The position numbers and the translations under genes are program-made. Below are positions 9,925 through 21,054 of a stretch of 64,000 nucleotides of DNA, piece by piece. The stretch's first letter is position 1. The number at the start of each line of letters is the position of its first letter. The notes beneath the pieces are model-generated. The model made no database searches, was not told where the DNA came from, and saw only the letters and a program-made list of their open reading frames with translations. The DNA is from Candidatus Zhuqueibacterota bacterium (GTDB taxonomy: Bacteria > Zhuqueibacterota > Zhuqueibacteria > Thermofontimicrobiales > Thermofontimicrobiaceae). The stretch lies in contig JBMOPW010000014.1 of NCBI GenBank assembly GCA_049322915.1, positions 1,028,224 through 1,092,223 on the forward strand, given 5' to 3'.

Positions 9925-10860
9925 TTATGGCTCGGATTCAACTGCCAGAACGACATTTGGATCATCTTGAAATGAGATGCCCAGAGAGCCCTTTAATGCG
10001 ACCAGAGCGACTTCGAGCATAGATTCGTCCGGTTCGCGGGCAGTGATTTTTTGCAGCCATAAGCCAGGTTTGATGAACATTTTCACGATGGGATTATCCT
10101 GTCGCTTGTCGGAGAGCTTGATCAATTCATAGGACAGCCCACCGATGAGCGGCACAAATGCCAGACGCAGAAGTCGGTCGAAAATCGTCTCCGGTCGGCC
10201 GAACGCCATGAAAACAACAATGCTCACCAGCAATACGGTTAAAATGAAGCTGGTGCCGCAGCGGGGATGATACGGCGTAAATCCCCGTGAATTTTCAACG
10301 GTCAACTCGTGTCCGGCTTCGAATGCAAAAATCGTTTTATGCTCGGCCCCGTGGTATTGGAAAATGCGTTGAATATCTTTCCACAGGGTAATCATGCTGA
10401 GGTACAGGAGAAAAATGATGACCCGGAAGAGACCATCGACGACATTGAACCAGAAACCGCTTTTTGCGCCGACCAAATCTGTGAGGACGAGCGGCAGATA
10501 AAAAAACAGCGCCAGACCAATGCCCAGAGAGAACACAATCGTCGCAATCAACCAAAGGGTGGACAGCCCTTTTTTCCTGGCCTGATCAGGTTTCTTCGTT
10601 TTCTCATCTTCCCCGATGGCAATATCCCCTGAGAATGTGAGGGCTTTGATGCCAAGAATCATGGACTCAATCAGGATAACGCCGCCGCGAATGCTGGGCA
10701 GCCCCCAAAACTTATTGCGTTTCGTCAGCGACTGGTAGGGGTCATTTTTCAATACAATTTTTCCATCGGGACGGCGAACAGCGACAGCGACGCGGTCCGG
10801 CGATCGCATCATTACGCCTTCAATCACTGCCTGTCCGCCTACCTGGAGTTTATTTTTCAT
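9925..10860 (-). CDS. DUF1385 family membrane protein
   Basis: [19 protein letters not shown] and HPRCGTSF motifs; conserved position between rpmE and prfA. Confidence 0.92.
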   Translation of the reverse strand: MKNKLQVGGQAVIEGVMMRSPDRVAVAVRRPDGKIVLKNDPYQSLTKRNKFWGLPSIRGGVILIESMILGIKALTFSGDIAIGEDEKTKKPDQARKKGLSTLWLIATIVFSLGIGLALFFYLPLVLTDLVGAKSGFWFNVVDGLFRVIIFLLYLSMITLWKDIQRIFQYHGAEHKTIFAFEAGHELTVENSRGFTPYHPRCGTSFILTVLLVSIVVFMAFGRPETIFDRLLRLAFVPLIGGLSYELIKLSDKRQDNPIVKMFIKPGLWLQKITAREPDESMLEVALVALKGSLGISFQDDPNVVLAVESEP

Positions 10861-11008
10861 GATCATTTCCAAAAACTCAAATAATGCACCCATCGAACCC
10901 ATTGGCTTGAAGGTTCAAACGCTGAATTGATGGAGCAAAAATGAAAAAACGGAATACGTGATCCCATTGGGATCAATGTTCGTATTCCGTCCTATTTTTA
11001 AAAACAAG

Positions 11009-11242
11009 CTAAGAGTTCTTTTGAATTGTGGTTTTGTTCTTATTATCAAAACCGTATTTTTTCATAAATTTCTCAACGCGACCGGTGGAGTCGACCAATT
11101 TCTGTTTACCGGTAAAGAATGGATGGCAATTCGAACAAATATCCAGCCGCAAATCGCCGACCGTAGACCTCACCTGAAATGTATTGCCGCATGCGCAGGT
11201 CACGGTTCCGACCTTATATTGTGGATGTATTTTTTCTTTCAA
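11009..11242 (-). CDS. rpmE: 50S ribosomal protein L31 (zinc-binding type)
   Basis: [24 protein letters not shown] and GRVEKF; TTG start at 11242 with a GGGAGG RBS. Confidence 0.96.
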   Translation of the reverse strand: MKEKIHPQYKVGTVTCACGNTFQVRSTVGDLRLDICSNCHPFFTGKQKLVDSTGRVEKFMKKYGFDNKNKTTIQKNS

Positions 11243-11345
11243 TGGTATAACCTCCCAGACACGAGCTTCTGTAATTGATGACTTGACGCCTTTCATTGAC
11301 CTGGTTATTATTTTTTTCGGCCAACTTTATAAAAATGAGTCGGTA

Positions 11346-11374
11346 AATATACGGAGATTTTATTTTGAATGCAA
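11346..11374 (-). promoter_or_regulatory. Putative sigma70-type promoter for rpmE
   Basis: Minus strand TTGCAT-17 nt-TATATT just downstream of the rho stop. Confidence 0.5.
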
Positions 11375-11385
11375 GAAAAATATTG

Positions 11386-12633
11386 TTACGACTGCATGGA
11401 TTCTAAAAATTTTTTATTAGAGCGCGTCCCGCGCATCCGTTCCAGGATGAATTCGATGGCCTCGGTGGGCGTGTATTCGCTGAGAAGTTTGCGAATGATC
11501 CAGACCCGATTCAACTCCGTGTTGCTGAGCAGCAACTCTTCTTTTCTCGTGCTCGACTTGTTAATATCAATCGATGGGAAGATTCGCTTGTCCGCCAGAT
11601 TCCTGTCGAGGACCAATTCCATATTGCCGGTGCCTTTGAATTCTTCAAAAATGACTTCATCCATTCGACTGCCGGTATCGATCAAAGCAGTGGCAATAAT
11701 GGTCAGGCTCCCGCCTTCCTCGATATTTCGCGCCGCGCCAAAGAAACGTTTCGGTCGCTGCAAAGCGCTCGCATCAACACCGCCAGAGAGGATCTTCCCG
11801 CTATGCGGAACGACGGTATTGTAAGCACGGGCCAGACGAGTGATGCTATCCAGCAGGATTACGACATCGTGTTTATATTCGACCAGCCGCTTCGCTTTTT
11901 CGAGTACCATTTCGGCAACCTGCACGTGGCGTTCTGCCGGCTCATCAAATGTGGAGCTGATAACTTCCGCCTTGACAGATCGTTCCATGTCGGTGACTTC
12001 TTCCGGGCGTTCGTCGATTAAAAGTACAATGAGTTTAATTTCGGGGTGATTGGATGTGATGGCATTGGCGGTGGATTGAAGCAGCGTTGTTTTCCCTGTT
12101 TTCGGCTGAGCGACGATCAGTCCGCGCTGACCTTTGCCTATTGGAGTCAGCAAGTCCATGATGCGCGTTGCGTAATTTGTCGCCGTGTATTCCAGTTCTA
12201 TCCGCGACATAGGATAGAGTGGCGTCAGGTTATCGAACAGAATTTTCGTTTTCGCCTCTTCCGGGTTCTCGTAGTTGACCGCTTCAACTTTGAGCAGTGC
12301 AAAGAACCGCTCGTTCTCTTTTGGGGGACGAATCTGGCCGGATACTGAGTCACCAGTACGCAAGCCAAACCGTTTAATCTGGGATGGAGATACGTAAATA
12401 TCAGCCGGGCCCGGTAGGTAGTTGTAATCCGTTGATCTTAAAAAACCGTAGCCATCAGGCAAAATTTCTAATACACCTTCCGCGAATATCAATCCCTCCT
12501 GCTTGGTCTGTTCTTCCAAAATTTTGAAAATGAGTTCCTGCTTTTTCAAACCTGTTGACCCTGAAATTTTCAAATCCTGAGCGACTTTGGTCAACTCAGA
12601 AATTTTTAATGTCTTCAACTCTGCAATGTCCAT
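11386..12633 (-). CDS. rho: Transcription termination factor Rho
   Basis: [55 protein letters not shown]. Confidence 0.99.
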   Translation of the reverse strand: MDIAELKTLKISELTKVAQDLKISGSTGLKKQELIFKILEEQTKQEGLIFAEGVLEILPDGYGFLRSTDYNYLPGPADIYVSPSQIKRFGLRTGDSVSGQIRPPKENERFFALLKVEAVNYENPEEAKTKILFDNLTPLYPMSRIELEYTATNYATRIMDLLTPIGKGQRGLIVAQPKTGKTTLLQSTANAITSNHPEIKLIVLLIDERPEEVTDMERSVKAEVISSTFDEPAERHVQVAEMVLEKAKRLVEYKHDVVILLDSITRLARAYNTVVPHSGKILSGGVDASALQRPKRFFGAARNIEEGGSLTIIATALIDTGSRMDEVIFEEFKGTGNMELVLDRNLADKRIFPSIDINKSSTRKEELLLSNTELNRVWIIRKLLSEYTPTEAIEFILERMRGTRSNKKFLESMQS

Positions 12634-13042
12634 AGCATCGTCCCTTCTTATGTATTGAAAATGCTTTTAATAATTGGCAAAATTATGTTTTACTATCGGA
12701 TTTTTATGAATTATCTTTACCATACTCAAATTGATTTGCCATACACCTGGTTTTTATTTGATTGTTGAGCATGGTTGCCCCATTAATATTGTGGTACAAT
12801 ACGAGAGGTACTACATTTGAGGAAATTTTGGTGTTAAAAATGAAGTAATCCTTTACTGCATTTGTTCTGTCAATTAAGTATTTCTTGTGTCTCACCTTTG
12901 GATTTGCACGCTCGTAGCAAAGAGGGTGGATGTGAATTTGTAGATCAGTTCGAAAAGTATGGTTATTACATCGCACTTCAGTCGTCACGATACGATTGGG
13001 CTCATCCCGACTGCTTTCAATCGCGCTGCATTTTTGCACAGG

Positions 13043-14140
13043 TTAAATACGTTCCTCGGTTTCAGCATCGAAAAAGTGACATTTGTCCATGTTGAATGTG
13101 ATGTCAATGGTGGCGCCAACTTCAAAATTATCCCCGGTATTGATTCGGGAGACAAACGGATGAATGCCGGTATTCAGATACAGGAATATTTCATTCCCCA
13201 TCGGCTCGACCACTTCCAGCAGACTTTTCACCCGGGACGGATTGCTCAGGGAAGGAGCAAAACGGGAATCAAAAATATTTTCGGGTCTGATGCCGAAGAT
13301 GATCTTCTTTCCAATCCTGCTGGCTAATTTGGTACGGAACGAGTCCGGGATTTGAAAGTTGATTTTTCCTTCTTCGAATGCGAGTCCGCCGTTATCAACC
13401 AGCGTGCCGCTCATGAAATTCATGGCCGGACTTCCAATGAACCCGGCGACGAATTTATTCACCGGGTAATTGTAAAGATTCAGGGGCGTGTCGATCTGGT
13501 GCACAAAGCCATCTTTCATCACAACAATGCGGTCGCCCATCGTCATCGCTTCCATCTGATCGTGGGTCACGTAGATCATCGTTGTTTCCAATCGATTGTG
13601 CAGTTTGCTGATTTCAGTGCGCATTTGAACGCGAAGTTTCGCATCAAGATTGGACAATGGCTCGTCGAACAGGAACACTTTTGGCTTTCGAACGATAGCT
13701 CGCCCTACGGCAACGCGCTGACGCTGACCACCGGACAGCGCCTTGGGCTTCCGATGCAATAGTTCGTGAATCTCCAGAATCTCAGCCGCCTCCTGCACCC
13801 GCTTTTCGATTTCAGCTTTTGGGAACTTGCGCAGCTTCAGGCCGAAAGCCATATTCTCGTACACCGTCATGTGAGGATACAGGGCATAATTTTGAAACAC
13901 CATGGCAATGTCGCGATCTTTGGGAGGGATGTCGTTGACCAGGCGGTCGTCGATGAATATTTTACCGCTGGTTATTTCTTCCAAACCGGCAATCATCCGA
14001 AGCGTTGTGGATTTTCCGCAGCCAGAGGGGCCGACCAGAACCATAAACTCTTTATCCCGGATATCAATGTCAACACAGTTTACTGCAACGACATTTTTCT
14101 CAAAGGTTTTTGATACTTGCTCTAATTTAACGTTCGCCAT
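13043..14140 (-). CDS. Carbohydrate ABC transporter ATP-binding protein (MalK/MsmX/UgpC family)
   Basis: GPSGCGKST, VFQNYALYPH, LSGGQRQR, DEPLSNLDAKLR and a C-terminal TOBE region; no permease genes adjacent. Confidence 0.93.
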   Translation of the reverse strand: MANVKLEQVSKTFEKNVVAVNCVDIDIRDKEFMVLVGPSGCGKSTTLRMIAGLEEITSGKIFIDDRLVNDIPPKDRDIAMVFQNYALYPHMTVYENMAFGLKLRKFPKAEIEKRVQEAAEILEIHELLHRKPKALSGGQRQRVAVGRAIVRKPKVFLFDEPLSNLDAKLRVQMRTEISKLHNRLETTMIYVTHDQMEAMTMGDRIVVMKDGFVHQIDTPLNLYNYPVNKFVAGFIGSPAMNFMSGTLVDNGGLAFEEGKINFQIPDSFRTKLASRIGKKIIFGIRPENIFDSRFAPSLSNPSRVKSLLEVVEPMGNEIFLYLNTGIHPFVSRINTGDNFEVGATIDITFNMDKCHFFDAETEERI

Positions 14141-14446
14141 AGCTACTCTGGAATCCCTATATTTGCTGATGTAAAAAAGGATTGGAAGCTATTATTCCTC
14201 CCTTTCTTATTGTAATGAAAAGCCGGATGATTAATTTTAAGAAAGACGTGTGGAAAAAATAGCTGCTTTAGATATTGAGGAAGTTGATTAAGAGTAAAAT
14301 CACGAAGCTCAAGTTCTTTAAATTACTTCACCTAATATTTGTAGTTCTTTGATTGATCGGCTAATTTATTAAAGGATAAGTCACCGAAGGATTAAGGGAG
14401 TTTATGATAAGTTTTAATATTCTTTTTACCAGGTGAGTTTTGGCTC

Positions 14447-14475
14447 AATTTAAAAAACTTTCTTTATAAAGTCAA
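14447..14475 (-). promoter_or_regulatory. Putative sigma70-type promoter about 300 nt upstream of the ABC ATPase
   Basis: Minus strand TTGACT-17 nt-TAAATT. Confidence 0.45.
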
Positions 14476-14595
14476 GAACTTTTCTTGAATTTTAAGAAAA
14501 TTAAATAGCTGGGTTATAACCATTTTTTTTCAACTGAGTGACCAGCCCGAAAAAGACACTGCAATACAGGCTCGGAATTCGGTCGCACGCCGGTA

Positions 14596-15897
14596 TTAAA
14601 AACATTTCACTGCAGTCGGCGCGGATTTCTGATAAAACGATTCCATCACTTCGCTCACCGTATAGTGCGAGCCGGCGCAGAGAATGAGGTCTGTCTTCTG
14701 GGCTGATTCCATTGCGTAGGCGAATCCCTCGGCCACGCTCGCTGATTTTTTTACATTCGGAGTGAACTTTCGGGCGATGCGCGAAATCGTCGAGGTGGCT
14801 AACCCGCGGTGGGTATTGGCTTTTACAGCGATGAATAAATCCGAGATGCTCGCTAATTTATTGATCATGAACATGAAATTCTTGTCTTTGCACACGCCGA
14901 AAACGACAATCAGCCGATCGTAATTATAAATTGACCGAATGGATTTTTTCAAATAGGCTATTCCGTGCGCGTTATGGGCGACGTCGATGACGACTCTGGG
15001 ATTGTAGGAAATTGTCTGCAATCGCCCCGGCCATTGAACGTCCAGCAGGCCGTGATAGATGTCTTCAATTTTTATGGGCATGAAACGCGAGTTGATGATG
15101 TCCGCAGCAGTAACTGCCAGAGCAGCGTTGTGAATCTGATGTTCGCCGATGAGCCCGATTTTTAATTGCGGGAAAACCGACCCATTGATGGCCATATCCA
15201 GTGTCGTAAATTTCTCTCCGTATTGGAGGTTACTGATTTTCAGAAGCCTATCCACCTGGATGTGCTCTGCATTCTGTTCCTGGCATGTCTTTTCGAAAAT
15301 AGCTTCGACACCTTTATAGCGGCAATTCGTGATGCAGATAGTCCCTTGTTTGATGATACCGGCTTTTTCAACGGCGATGGATTTGCGCGTCGGTCCTAAT
15401 TGTTTGGTGTGATCAATTTCGATGTTGGTGATGATTGTCACCAGCGGATTGATGACATTGGTGGCGTCCAGTCGCCCCCCAAGTCCGACTTCAATCACAG
15501 CAATCTCGACTTTTTTATCTGCAAAATATAAGAACGCGATAGCGGTCATGGCTTCAAAAAACGTGCATTTATACTTTGCGATCAATGGTTTCAATGATTC
15601 GATGTATTTCACTAAATCGTCTTTGCTGATCGGAATGCCATTGCACTTGATGCGCTCGCCGACATAGGTTAAATGGGGTGATGTATAAAGCGCCGTGTTG
15701 TATCCGGCAGTGGCTAAAATGGACTCGATCATTGCTGAAGTTGAACCTTTTCCATTAGTGCCCGCAATATGAACGAGTTTGTATTTTTCCTGGGGATTCC
15801 CCAATTCCTTCAGGAGTGATTTTATTTTTCCCAGACCCAATTTCCAGCCAAGGCTATTCAAATTGTACAAATATTCAATTGCCTGGTCGTAATTCAT
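14596..15897 (-). CDS. folC: Folylpolyglutamate synthase / dihydrofolate synthase
   Basis: HIAGTNGKGS, YTSPHL, EVGLGGRLDATN, WPGRLQ, DVAHN. Confidence 0.96.
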   Translation of the reverse strand: MNYDQAIEYLYNLNSLGWKLGLGKIKSLLKELGNPQEKYKLVHIAGTNGKGSTSAMIESILATAGYNTALYTSPHLTYVGERIKCNGIPISKDDLVKYIESLKPLIAKYKCTFFEAMTAIAFLYFADKKVEIAVIEVGLGGRLDATNVINPLVTIITNIEIDHTKQLGPTRKSIAVEKAGIIKQGTICITNCRYKGVEAIFEKTCQEQNAEHIQVDRLLKISNLQYGEKFTTLDMAINGSVFPQLKIGLIGEHQIHNAALAVTAADIINSRFMPIKIEDIYHGLLDVQWPGRLQTISYNPRVVIDVAHNAHGIAYLKKSIRSIYNYDRLIVVFGVCKDKNFMFMINKLASISDLFIAVKANTHRGLATSTISRIARKFTPNVKKSASVAEGFAYAMESAQKTDLILCAGSHYTVSEVMESFYQKSAPTAVKCF

Positions 15898-16246
15898 AAA
15901 AATTCTTTTCCTTTGTTATCAGCATTTAAGTACGAGGAAGCGTGGTCATTTCAAAACTGAATAGATGCATCGTTGAAGTTCACAAGAACTGAATTCGAGT
16001 AGAATAGTCAGCGGTTGAGGTATACAATCGGTAACAGGATTGGTAGAAATTTTCTCTGCGGACTGCTACATTAACCGAAAATGAACAGTAAACATAATAT
16101 AAAATTTAGAATTTTGCAAGAACTTTTTTCACTCCAACATGAAGCTATGCAATTCCTTATCATTCATTTGGGATTTAATTGCATATCTCCCATGCGTTAG
16201 GATAGCGCATCGCTCAGGTTTTGAATGTGCCAGGAGGCGCCTGGAA

Positions 16247-16585
16247 ATGAAGAGACGGAGGTTGAAAATAACGCCATACAGAACAGGGCCGAAGTGGAAA
16301 ATAAGTTGGATTACTCTTTCAGAAATTTTTCAGATGGGCTGTTGGATTGTCAGTCTGTTATCATCGCCGGGAAATGGGAATTCCATGTCGCTGTGGGGCG
16401 GCACTCCGGCAGACACCTTTCGCGTTCGGTGGTTTCTCAATTTTATGCACGAACGACTGCGGAGGCATGACCGCGAAATGCTGCTGAATCTGGCTAACGA
16501 CGAAATGGTCGTTGCGCATTCCGTCGGGACTGCTCCCAGGCTCCGACATGACAAAATGATGCGCCGTTTTCAGCGTGTGGGTTGA
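16247..16585 (+). CDS. Hypothetical protein (112 aa), uncertain
   Basis: GGAGG upstream of ATG 16247 in the same frame as the 16139 ORF; ends just before a hairpin; no recognisable motif. Confidence 0.3.
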   Translation: MKRRRLKITPYRTGPKWKISWITLSEIFQMGCWIVSLLSSPGNGNSMSLWGGTPADTFRVRWFLNFMHERLRRHDREMLLNLANDEMVVAHSVGTAPRLRHDKMMRRFQRVG

Positions 16586-16594
16586 AATAAAAAA

Positions 16595-16693
16595 ACCTCC
16601 CGGGAGTTTGCCTGCTTTCATCATTCATCCGATGAAAGGAAAATGGAAACTCCGGGGAGGTTCGAAGCGCCCCTGGCAATTTCATCCAGGGGC
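16595..16693. terminator. Two hairpins downstream of the PorV-like gene
   Basis: AACCTCCCGGGAGTTT...AAACTCCGGGGAGGTT long stem and GCCCCTGG...CCAGGGGGC short stem. Confidence 0.5.
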
Positions 16694-16702
16694 ATAATTT
16701 TT

Positions 16703-17755
16703 TTAGAATGCAAGCGCCATGGTGAACATGTGGCCAGTGCCCAAAATTTTAAAATCGGTGTAGCAATAATCAAATTGAACATAGGCAACATTCAGGTCAT
16801 ACTGAATACCGCCGCCAAAGGTGTAGCTGGCAGTATCGTATGAGCTGTAGGCATCGTCCTCCACTGAAATGCCACGGAAGCCGGCTCGCAGCGAGAGAAT
16901 TTTATTCCATTGATACTCAAAACCGAAATTGGAGCGCAGCAGCGCGTCATTGGGATCGTAGGCATCGGCGTATATTGTCATGCGGTTCATGTTGCTTTTT
17001 ACCAGTTGACCTTCGATGCCCACCAATTCGGTGGCTAAACCCATGCGAAAAATCAGGGGCAATGGAAAGCTATCCGTTTTGAGATAAGCGTCATCCGTCA
17101 ACGCGCCAGGATTGGTGGGATAACGCTCGGTAGTCACTTGCAGACCTGGCCCGGTCAATTGCATCTGCCCGCCAAAGTTGCTGAGGCACATACCCAGTTT
17201 CAGGCCCATGACGCCAGTATCCAGCAGCGATCCCAGATCGATGGCGACGGTGTGCGCTTTTTGGTGATAGGCGCCTTCGCGGATATATTTCACAGTACCG
17301 CCCAGGCTCAACCGGTCGGTGACAAATCGGCTGTAGGTGATGCCCAGGCTGTAGGCTTCCCAGGAAAAATACGTCTCGGTGCCATCCGGGCTGGCCAGCG
17401 TTGTAATTTCCATATCGCCGGAGTCGAGGTACAACGCACTGACGCCGATGGTGCTGCCTCCACTCAACGGCTGTACCACACCGAAGAAGTTATAGGCCAT
17501 GTCAGCGTACAACTGATTCCGTGAGACTGCAAGGGAGGTGCGTTGGATGGATGCAATGCTGGCCGGGTTCCAGTAAAGACCGGTGACATCACCGGCGACG
17601 GTGACGGCGGCCTCTCCCAGTGCCCCGGCTCGCGCGCCAACGCCGAGCTTCAAAAATTGCGCCGCCGATGTCCCGACACGACTAATGTCCTGACACAATC
17701 CTGGAACGGCAGCAATGAGACATATGATAAGCAGGCTTGCTAAGAATTTATTCAT
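16703..17755 (-). CDS. PorV/PorQ-like (UPF0164) outer-membrane beta-barrel protein
   Basis: Signal peptide, GTSAAQFLKLGVGARAGALG, YWNPA, alternating beta strands and C-terminal Phe. Confidence 0.88.
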   Translation of the reverse strand: MNKFLASLLIICLIAAVPGLCQDISRVGTSAAQFLKLGVGARAGALGEAAVTVAGDVTGLYWNPASIASIQRTSLAVSRNQLYADMAYNFFGVVQPLSGGSTIGVSALYLDSGDMEITTLASPDGTETYFSWEAYSLGITYSRFVTDRLSLGGTVKYIREGAYHQKAHTVAIDLGSLLDTGVMGLKLGMCLSNFGGQMQLTGPGLQVTTERYPTNPGALTDDAYLKTDSFPLPLIFRMGLATELVGIEGQLVKSNMNRMTIYADAYDPNDALLRSNFGFEYQWNKILSLRAGFRGISVEDDAYSSYDTASYTFGGGIQYDLNVAYVQFDYCYTDFKILGTGHMFTMALAF

Positions 17756-17818
17756 TTTATCTGATCTCCTTGTTTGACTATGTGAATCCGTTAGAAAATG
17801 GAAGCCAATTTTTTCACG

Positions 17819-20800
17819 TTATTTAAGAATGACAAACTTTCCAATTTTTTTGTTGCCGTTTGGAGTTTCGACGACGTACAGATAGCATCCGTAGGCGATT
17901 TCCTGCTGGTTGAACGATAGCATATTCCACCATTCCCAGCCTTCGGTTTCGCTTTCGTGATGCATCGAGTAGACTCGTTCGCCACTCAGGGTGTAAATAT
18001 GAATATCACATTCGCTCGGCAGGTTTGTAAATGCCAGCTTTCTGTAATTGGCATCGAGTTCCCATTCGGCGGAAATCATATACGGATTGGGAACAACCCT
18101 GATTTTTTCCAGGTCTTCCAATTTCACAGCGCGATTCATATACGCTAACGTGTTGACTCGGAAGAAATCTCTGCTGCCATCGAAAGGCTTGCCGCTGACC
18201 AGGCGAAGGATATCGCCAGTCACCGGCGTGACGCTCGTATCTTGTTCCGTGATGGTCGTGTCGAAGACCATGCTGTCCGGTGTGACAAATGTGGTATCAA
18301 TATCCGTGATCACCAGAATGGGTGGAGCGGTGAATTTCAGTGTGATTGTGAATGTCCCATTTTCCTGGACTTTTAACTCATCCCCGCTGGTCCAGGTGTT
18401 CCTCATTTCCTGGGTTGTGTCGGCCGGATTGGGCGGCGGGAAGTGAGCAAACCGCGCTTTTTTATTCAATGTCAGATTCCAGATTTCGAACGGAATCGTA
18501 TAGGTCGCCGGGAAAAACGCTGTATCCGGTTCATCGGTGAAGCGAATCTCATAATCGTACGGCCTCTGTACGACGAAAGTTCCTGAGAAATTCCAGTTAC
18601 CCACTGATCGTGTTCCCATGGTTTCGTGGAACCATTCCGAGGAATCGGGATCGAATTGAATTGATTCGAATTTCTGATCGATAGCGATCGTCATACCATC
18701 GATTATTTGAGAGACCTGGCCCTGAATGTTCGTAGAGTTATCGATTATGAACTCGCCGGTATCTTCATCTTTCATATCGAACGTCTTAGTCGCGCTGGTG
18801 CTATCATCGAATGAAATGAGATAGCTATGTCCGGTGATGGCATAGGGATCGACAATCTTGATACTGAACAGATGATTGGCATAGCTGCCAGCCAGCGGCG
18901 CGACTTCGATATCGGATTCAACATAATTCGAAGGCGTTTTGCCGGGGACAACTTCCACCAGGTTCGGAACCGCGCTCGGATTATTGCCTTTGGCTGTTTC
19001 CAGCGAATTCAACGGCGCCCATCCATCCGGGTTGAGCGTCACGTCATCGGAGACGCCCCGGTCGTACGCAGTCACGGAGTACCAATAGGTCTTTCCATTC
19101 TGAACATTTTCATCCACGTACATGTGGACGATGCCCGTGTTGCTGCCTAAATTGAGATAGGGGTATTGCTTGTCCAAACCGTACACCGTATTGTTCAAAT
19201 CAAATTGGGCAAGGGGAACGAACCCGACTTCGACGCCATATCCATCAAAAATTTTATCGCCCCACTCGTTGCTGGTCGGTGGCGCAGTGGAACGGTAGAT
19301 TTTATACCCTTCGAAATCGCTGTACCCGCTCATCAAATCAATTGCTTTTTCAGCGGCGTCGTCCCAGTACAGGGTCACTTTTCCATCTCCGGCAACTGCC
19401 GATACAGTTGGAGTCGGAGGCGGATCTGCGCCCTGATAATTCAGTTCGTACATGAACTGGGCTGTTCTGGCGTTGAATTTGACATCTGTAGTATCGTCGC
19501 CAATCACGAGTGCGAAAGAGAATGTGGTCGTATCGCCGGAGGCCAGATCGAACGGGCCGGAACTCATGATGAAGACGCAGTCAGTTCCGCCCGGGAACAT
19601 TTCCTTGAATCCTTCCACCGAGTCGAAGTGTTTATTCAATGTGCCATCCGGGGCCGGCCAGAAATAAGCATCTTCTTCTTCCGGGGATATATCTGTGTTA
19701 TCGCCCGAAATGACTTTATATTGAATCAGTTCCGTCCGCGTATTATCGATAACGCCGGGCCGAGAACCCCATTCGAACCAGTGCCAGTCGGTGATGCCCA
19801 ATTGCTCTCCCTGATACCGGTCAATAATGCCGTCATTCTCAAAATCGATATCATGAGGAGCCGGAGGCGTTTCCAATAATTTGATCGCCGGGAAGGCTTT
19901 GTAATAGGAATCAGGGAAGTCACCAGTGCCATATCGGTAGTCGTAAATGAAAGCCATGTTATAATGATAGGTGGTGTCATTCTGAACATCATACTCGTTT
20001 GCAATAAAAGCCATCCAGTCCAAATTGTCGTGCGGTCGCGTTGGGATGTCTGAATCGTTGTAAAAACCAACATATACACCGTGATAATCGTAGGGGCTGT
20101 TATTGATTATCTGCATCGGGAAAAAGATGATGTCCTCGGCATAGGATCGGCCATAGGAGAGTCCTGAGATGTTCATTTGAATTCCGAGCGAATAGCCCTG
20201 GCTCGTATCGCCGTCACTTTCTGAATAGACCAGACCCTGATTATTCTTATCGTATTCGGTCATGCTGAAAAAGATCTCTTTGTCCGAATAGAATTTTCCA
20301 ACAAGAACTGTGTCATCGGAAGTTGGACATAATTTCCAGGGACGGGTGGGATTGTTGAAATCGAAATCAGTCGCTGCCACAGAATCGATGGTAATTTTTC
20401 CGGTCACTGGATCTTTAGCCCATAGCCCTGGCCAGTACGGGTATCCATTGGCATCCTTCGGCCAACTGGCGGGATAGACGCTGGTCGCCATCAGGGGAAA
20501 ATCAGCCAATGTCGTCGCGGCAGAATTGACATCCCCATAGGTGAGATCGCCGGAATGGACATTGCCGTACGAGTTAGCTTTGGGGCCCCAATCGTCGCCA
20601 GTCCCGTCGATGCTCGCTGAGACAGATGGGCCTTTAAGCATAAGATTCCCATTGATGTCCGTTGTATACGGCGTCCAGAGCGGATCCTGAGGCACGCCGA
20701 TCATCATGCTGAGTTCCGGTATGTAGGAATGACCTTTGTAATCCACGCAGGAAATGTCGCTATAATCCCATGTTGAAAGCCGATTGTCGTTGATGATGCC

Positions 20801-20971
20801 GTGTATCAATTTCCCCATATCCAGCATGCCAACTGCCAGATCGATGGAGTGAGTTGGTTTTTGCAGAGAAATATTTTGTTTATTCTTATTTTTATCAACG
20901 GCATAAACAGAAAAAATTCCGATCACCAGCATCAGAATTACTGTTAAGCCGAAGAGCACATATCGCTTCAT
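17819..20971 (-). CDS. Large secreted protein (1050 aa) with an FN3-like region and a C-terminal sorting-type (FlgD-Ig/T9SS-CTD-like) domain
   Basis: Signal peptide; SSGPFDLASGDT; PPPTP...GDGKVTLYWD...FEGYKIYRS...YWYSVTAYD; C-terminus IRVVPNPY...FTNLP...IYTLSGE...W...GCYLY...GKFVILK. Confidence 0.8.
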   Translation of the reverse strand: MKRYVLFGLTVILMLVIGIFSVYAVDKNKNKQNISLQKPTHSIDLAVGMLDMGKLIHGIINDNRLSTWDYSDISCVDYKGHSYIPELSMMIGVPQDPLWTPYTTDINGNLMLKGPSVSASIDGTGDDWGPKANSYGNVHSGDLTYGDVNSAATTLADFPLMATSVYPASWPKDANGYPYWPGLWAKDPVTGKITIDSVAATDFDFNNPTRPWKLCPTSDDTVLVGKFYSDKEIFFSMTEYDKNNQGLVYSESDGDTSQGYSLGIQMNISGLSYGRSYAEDIIFFPMQIINNSPYDYHGVYVGFYNDSDIPTRPHDNLDWMAFIANEYDVQNDTTYHYNMAFIYDYRYGTGDFPDSYYKAFPAIKLLETPPAPHDIDFENDGIIDRYQGEQLGITDWHWFEWGSRPGVIDNTRTELIQYKVISGDNTDISPEEEDAYFWPAPDGTLNKHFDSVEGFKEMFPGGTDCVFIMSSGPFDLASGDTTTFSFALVIGDDTTDVKFNARTAQFMYELNYQGADPPPTPTVSAVAGDGKVTLYWDDAAEKAIDLMSGYSDFEGYKIYRSTAPPTSNEWGDKIFDGYGVEVGFVPLAQFDLNNTVYGLDKQYPYLNLGSNTGIVHMYVDENVQNGKTYWYSVTAYDRGVSDDVTLNPDGWAPLNSLETAKGNNPSAVPNLVEVVPGKTPSNYVESDIEVAPLAGSYANHLFSIKIVDPYAITGHSYLISFDDSTSATKTFDMKDEDTGEFIIDNSTNIQGQVSQIIDGMTIAIDQKFESIQFDPDSSEWFHETMGTRSVGNWNFSGTFVVQRPYDYEIRFTDEPDTAFFPATYTIPFEIWNLTLNKKARFAHFPPPNPADTTQEMRNTWTSGDELKVQENGTFTITLKFTAPPILVITDIDTTFVTPDSMVFDTTITEQDTSVTPVTGDILRLVSGKPFDGSRDFFRVNTLAYMNRAVKLEDLEKIRVVPNPYMISAEWELDANYRKLAFTNLPSECDIHIYTLSGERVYSMHHESETEGWEWWNMLSFNQQEIAYGCYLYVVETPNGNKKIGKFVILK

Positions 20972-21054
20972 TTAGTATTCCTCCTAAAAGTAGAGAAGTG
21001 TGAAGTACATTTTGATCTGGAATTAACAAAAGATATCCATCGTCAGGGCGTCAA

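Noticed and set aside
12640..13040. Possible ncRNA or leader upstream of rho, and the 111-aa ORF
   Set aside because: One imperfect hairpin near 12893-12929, but no recognisable RNA family; the ORF has no support.
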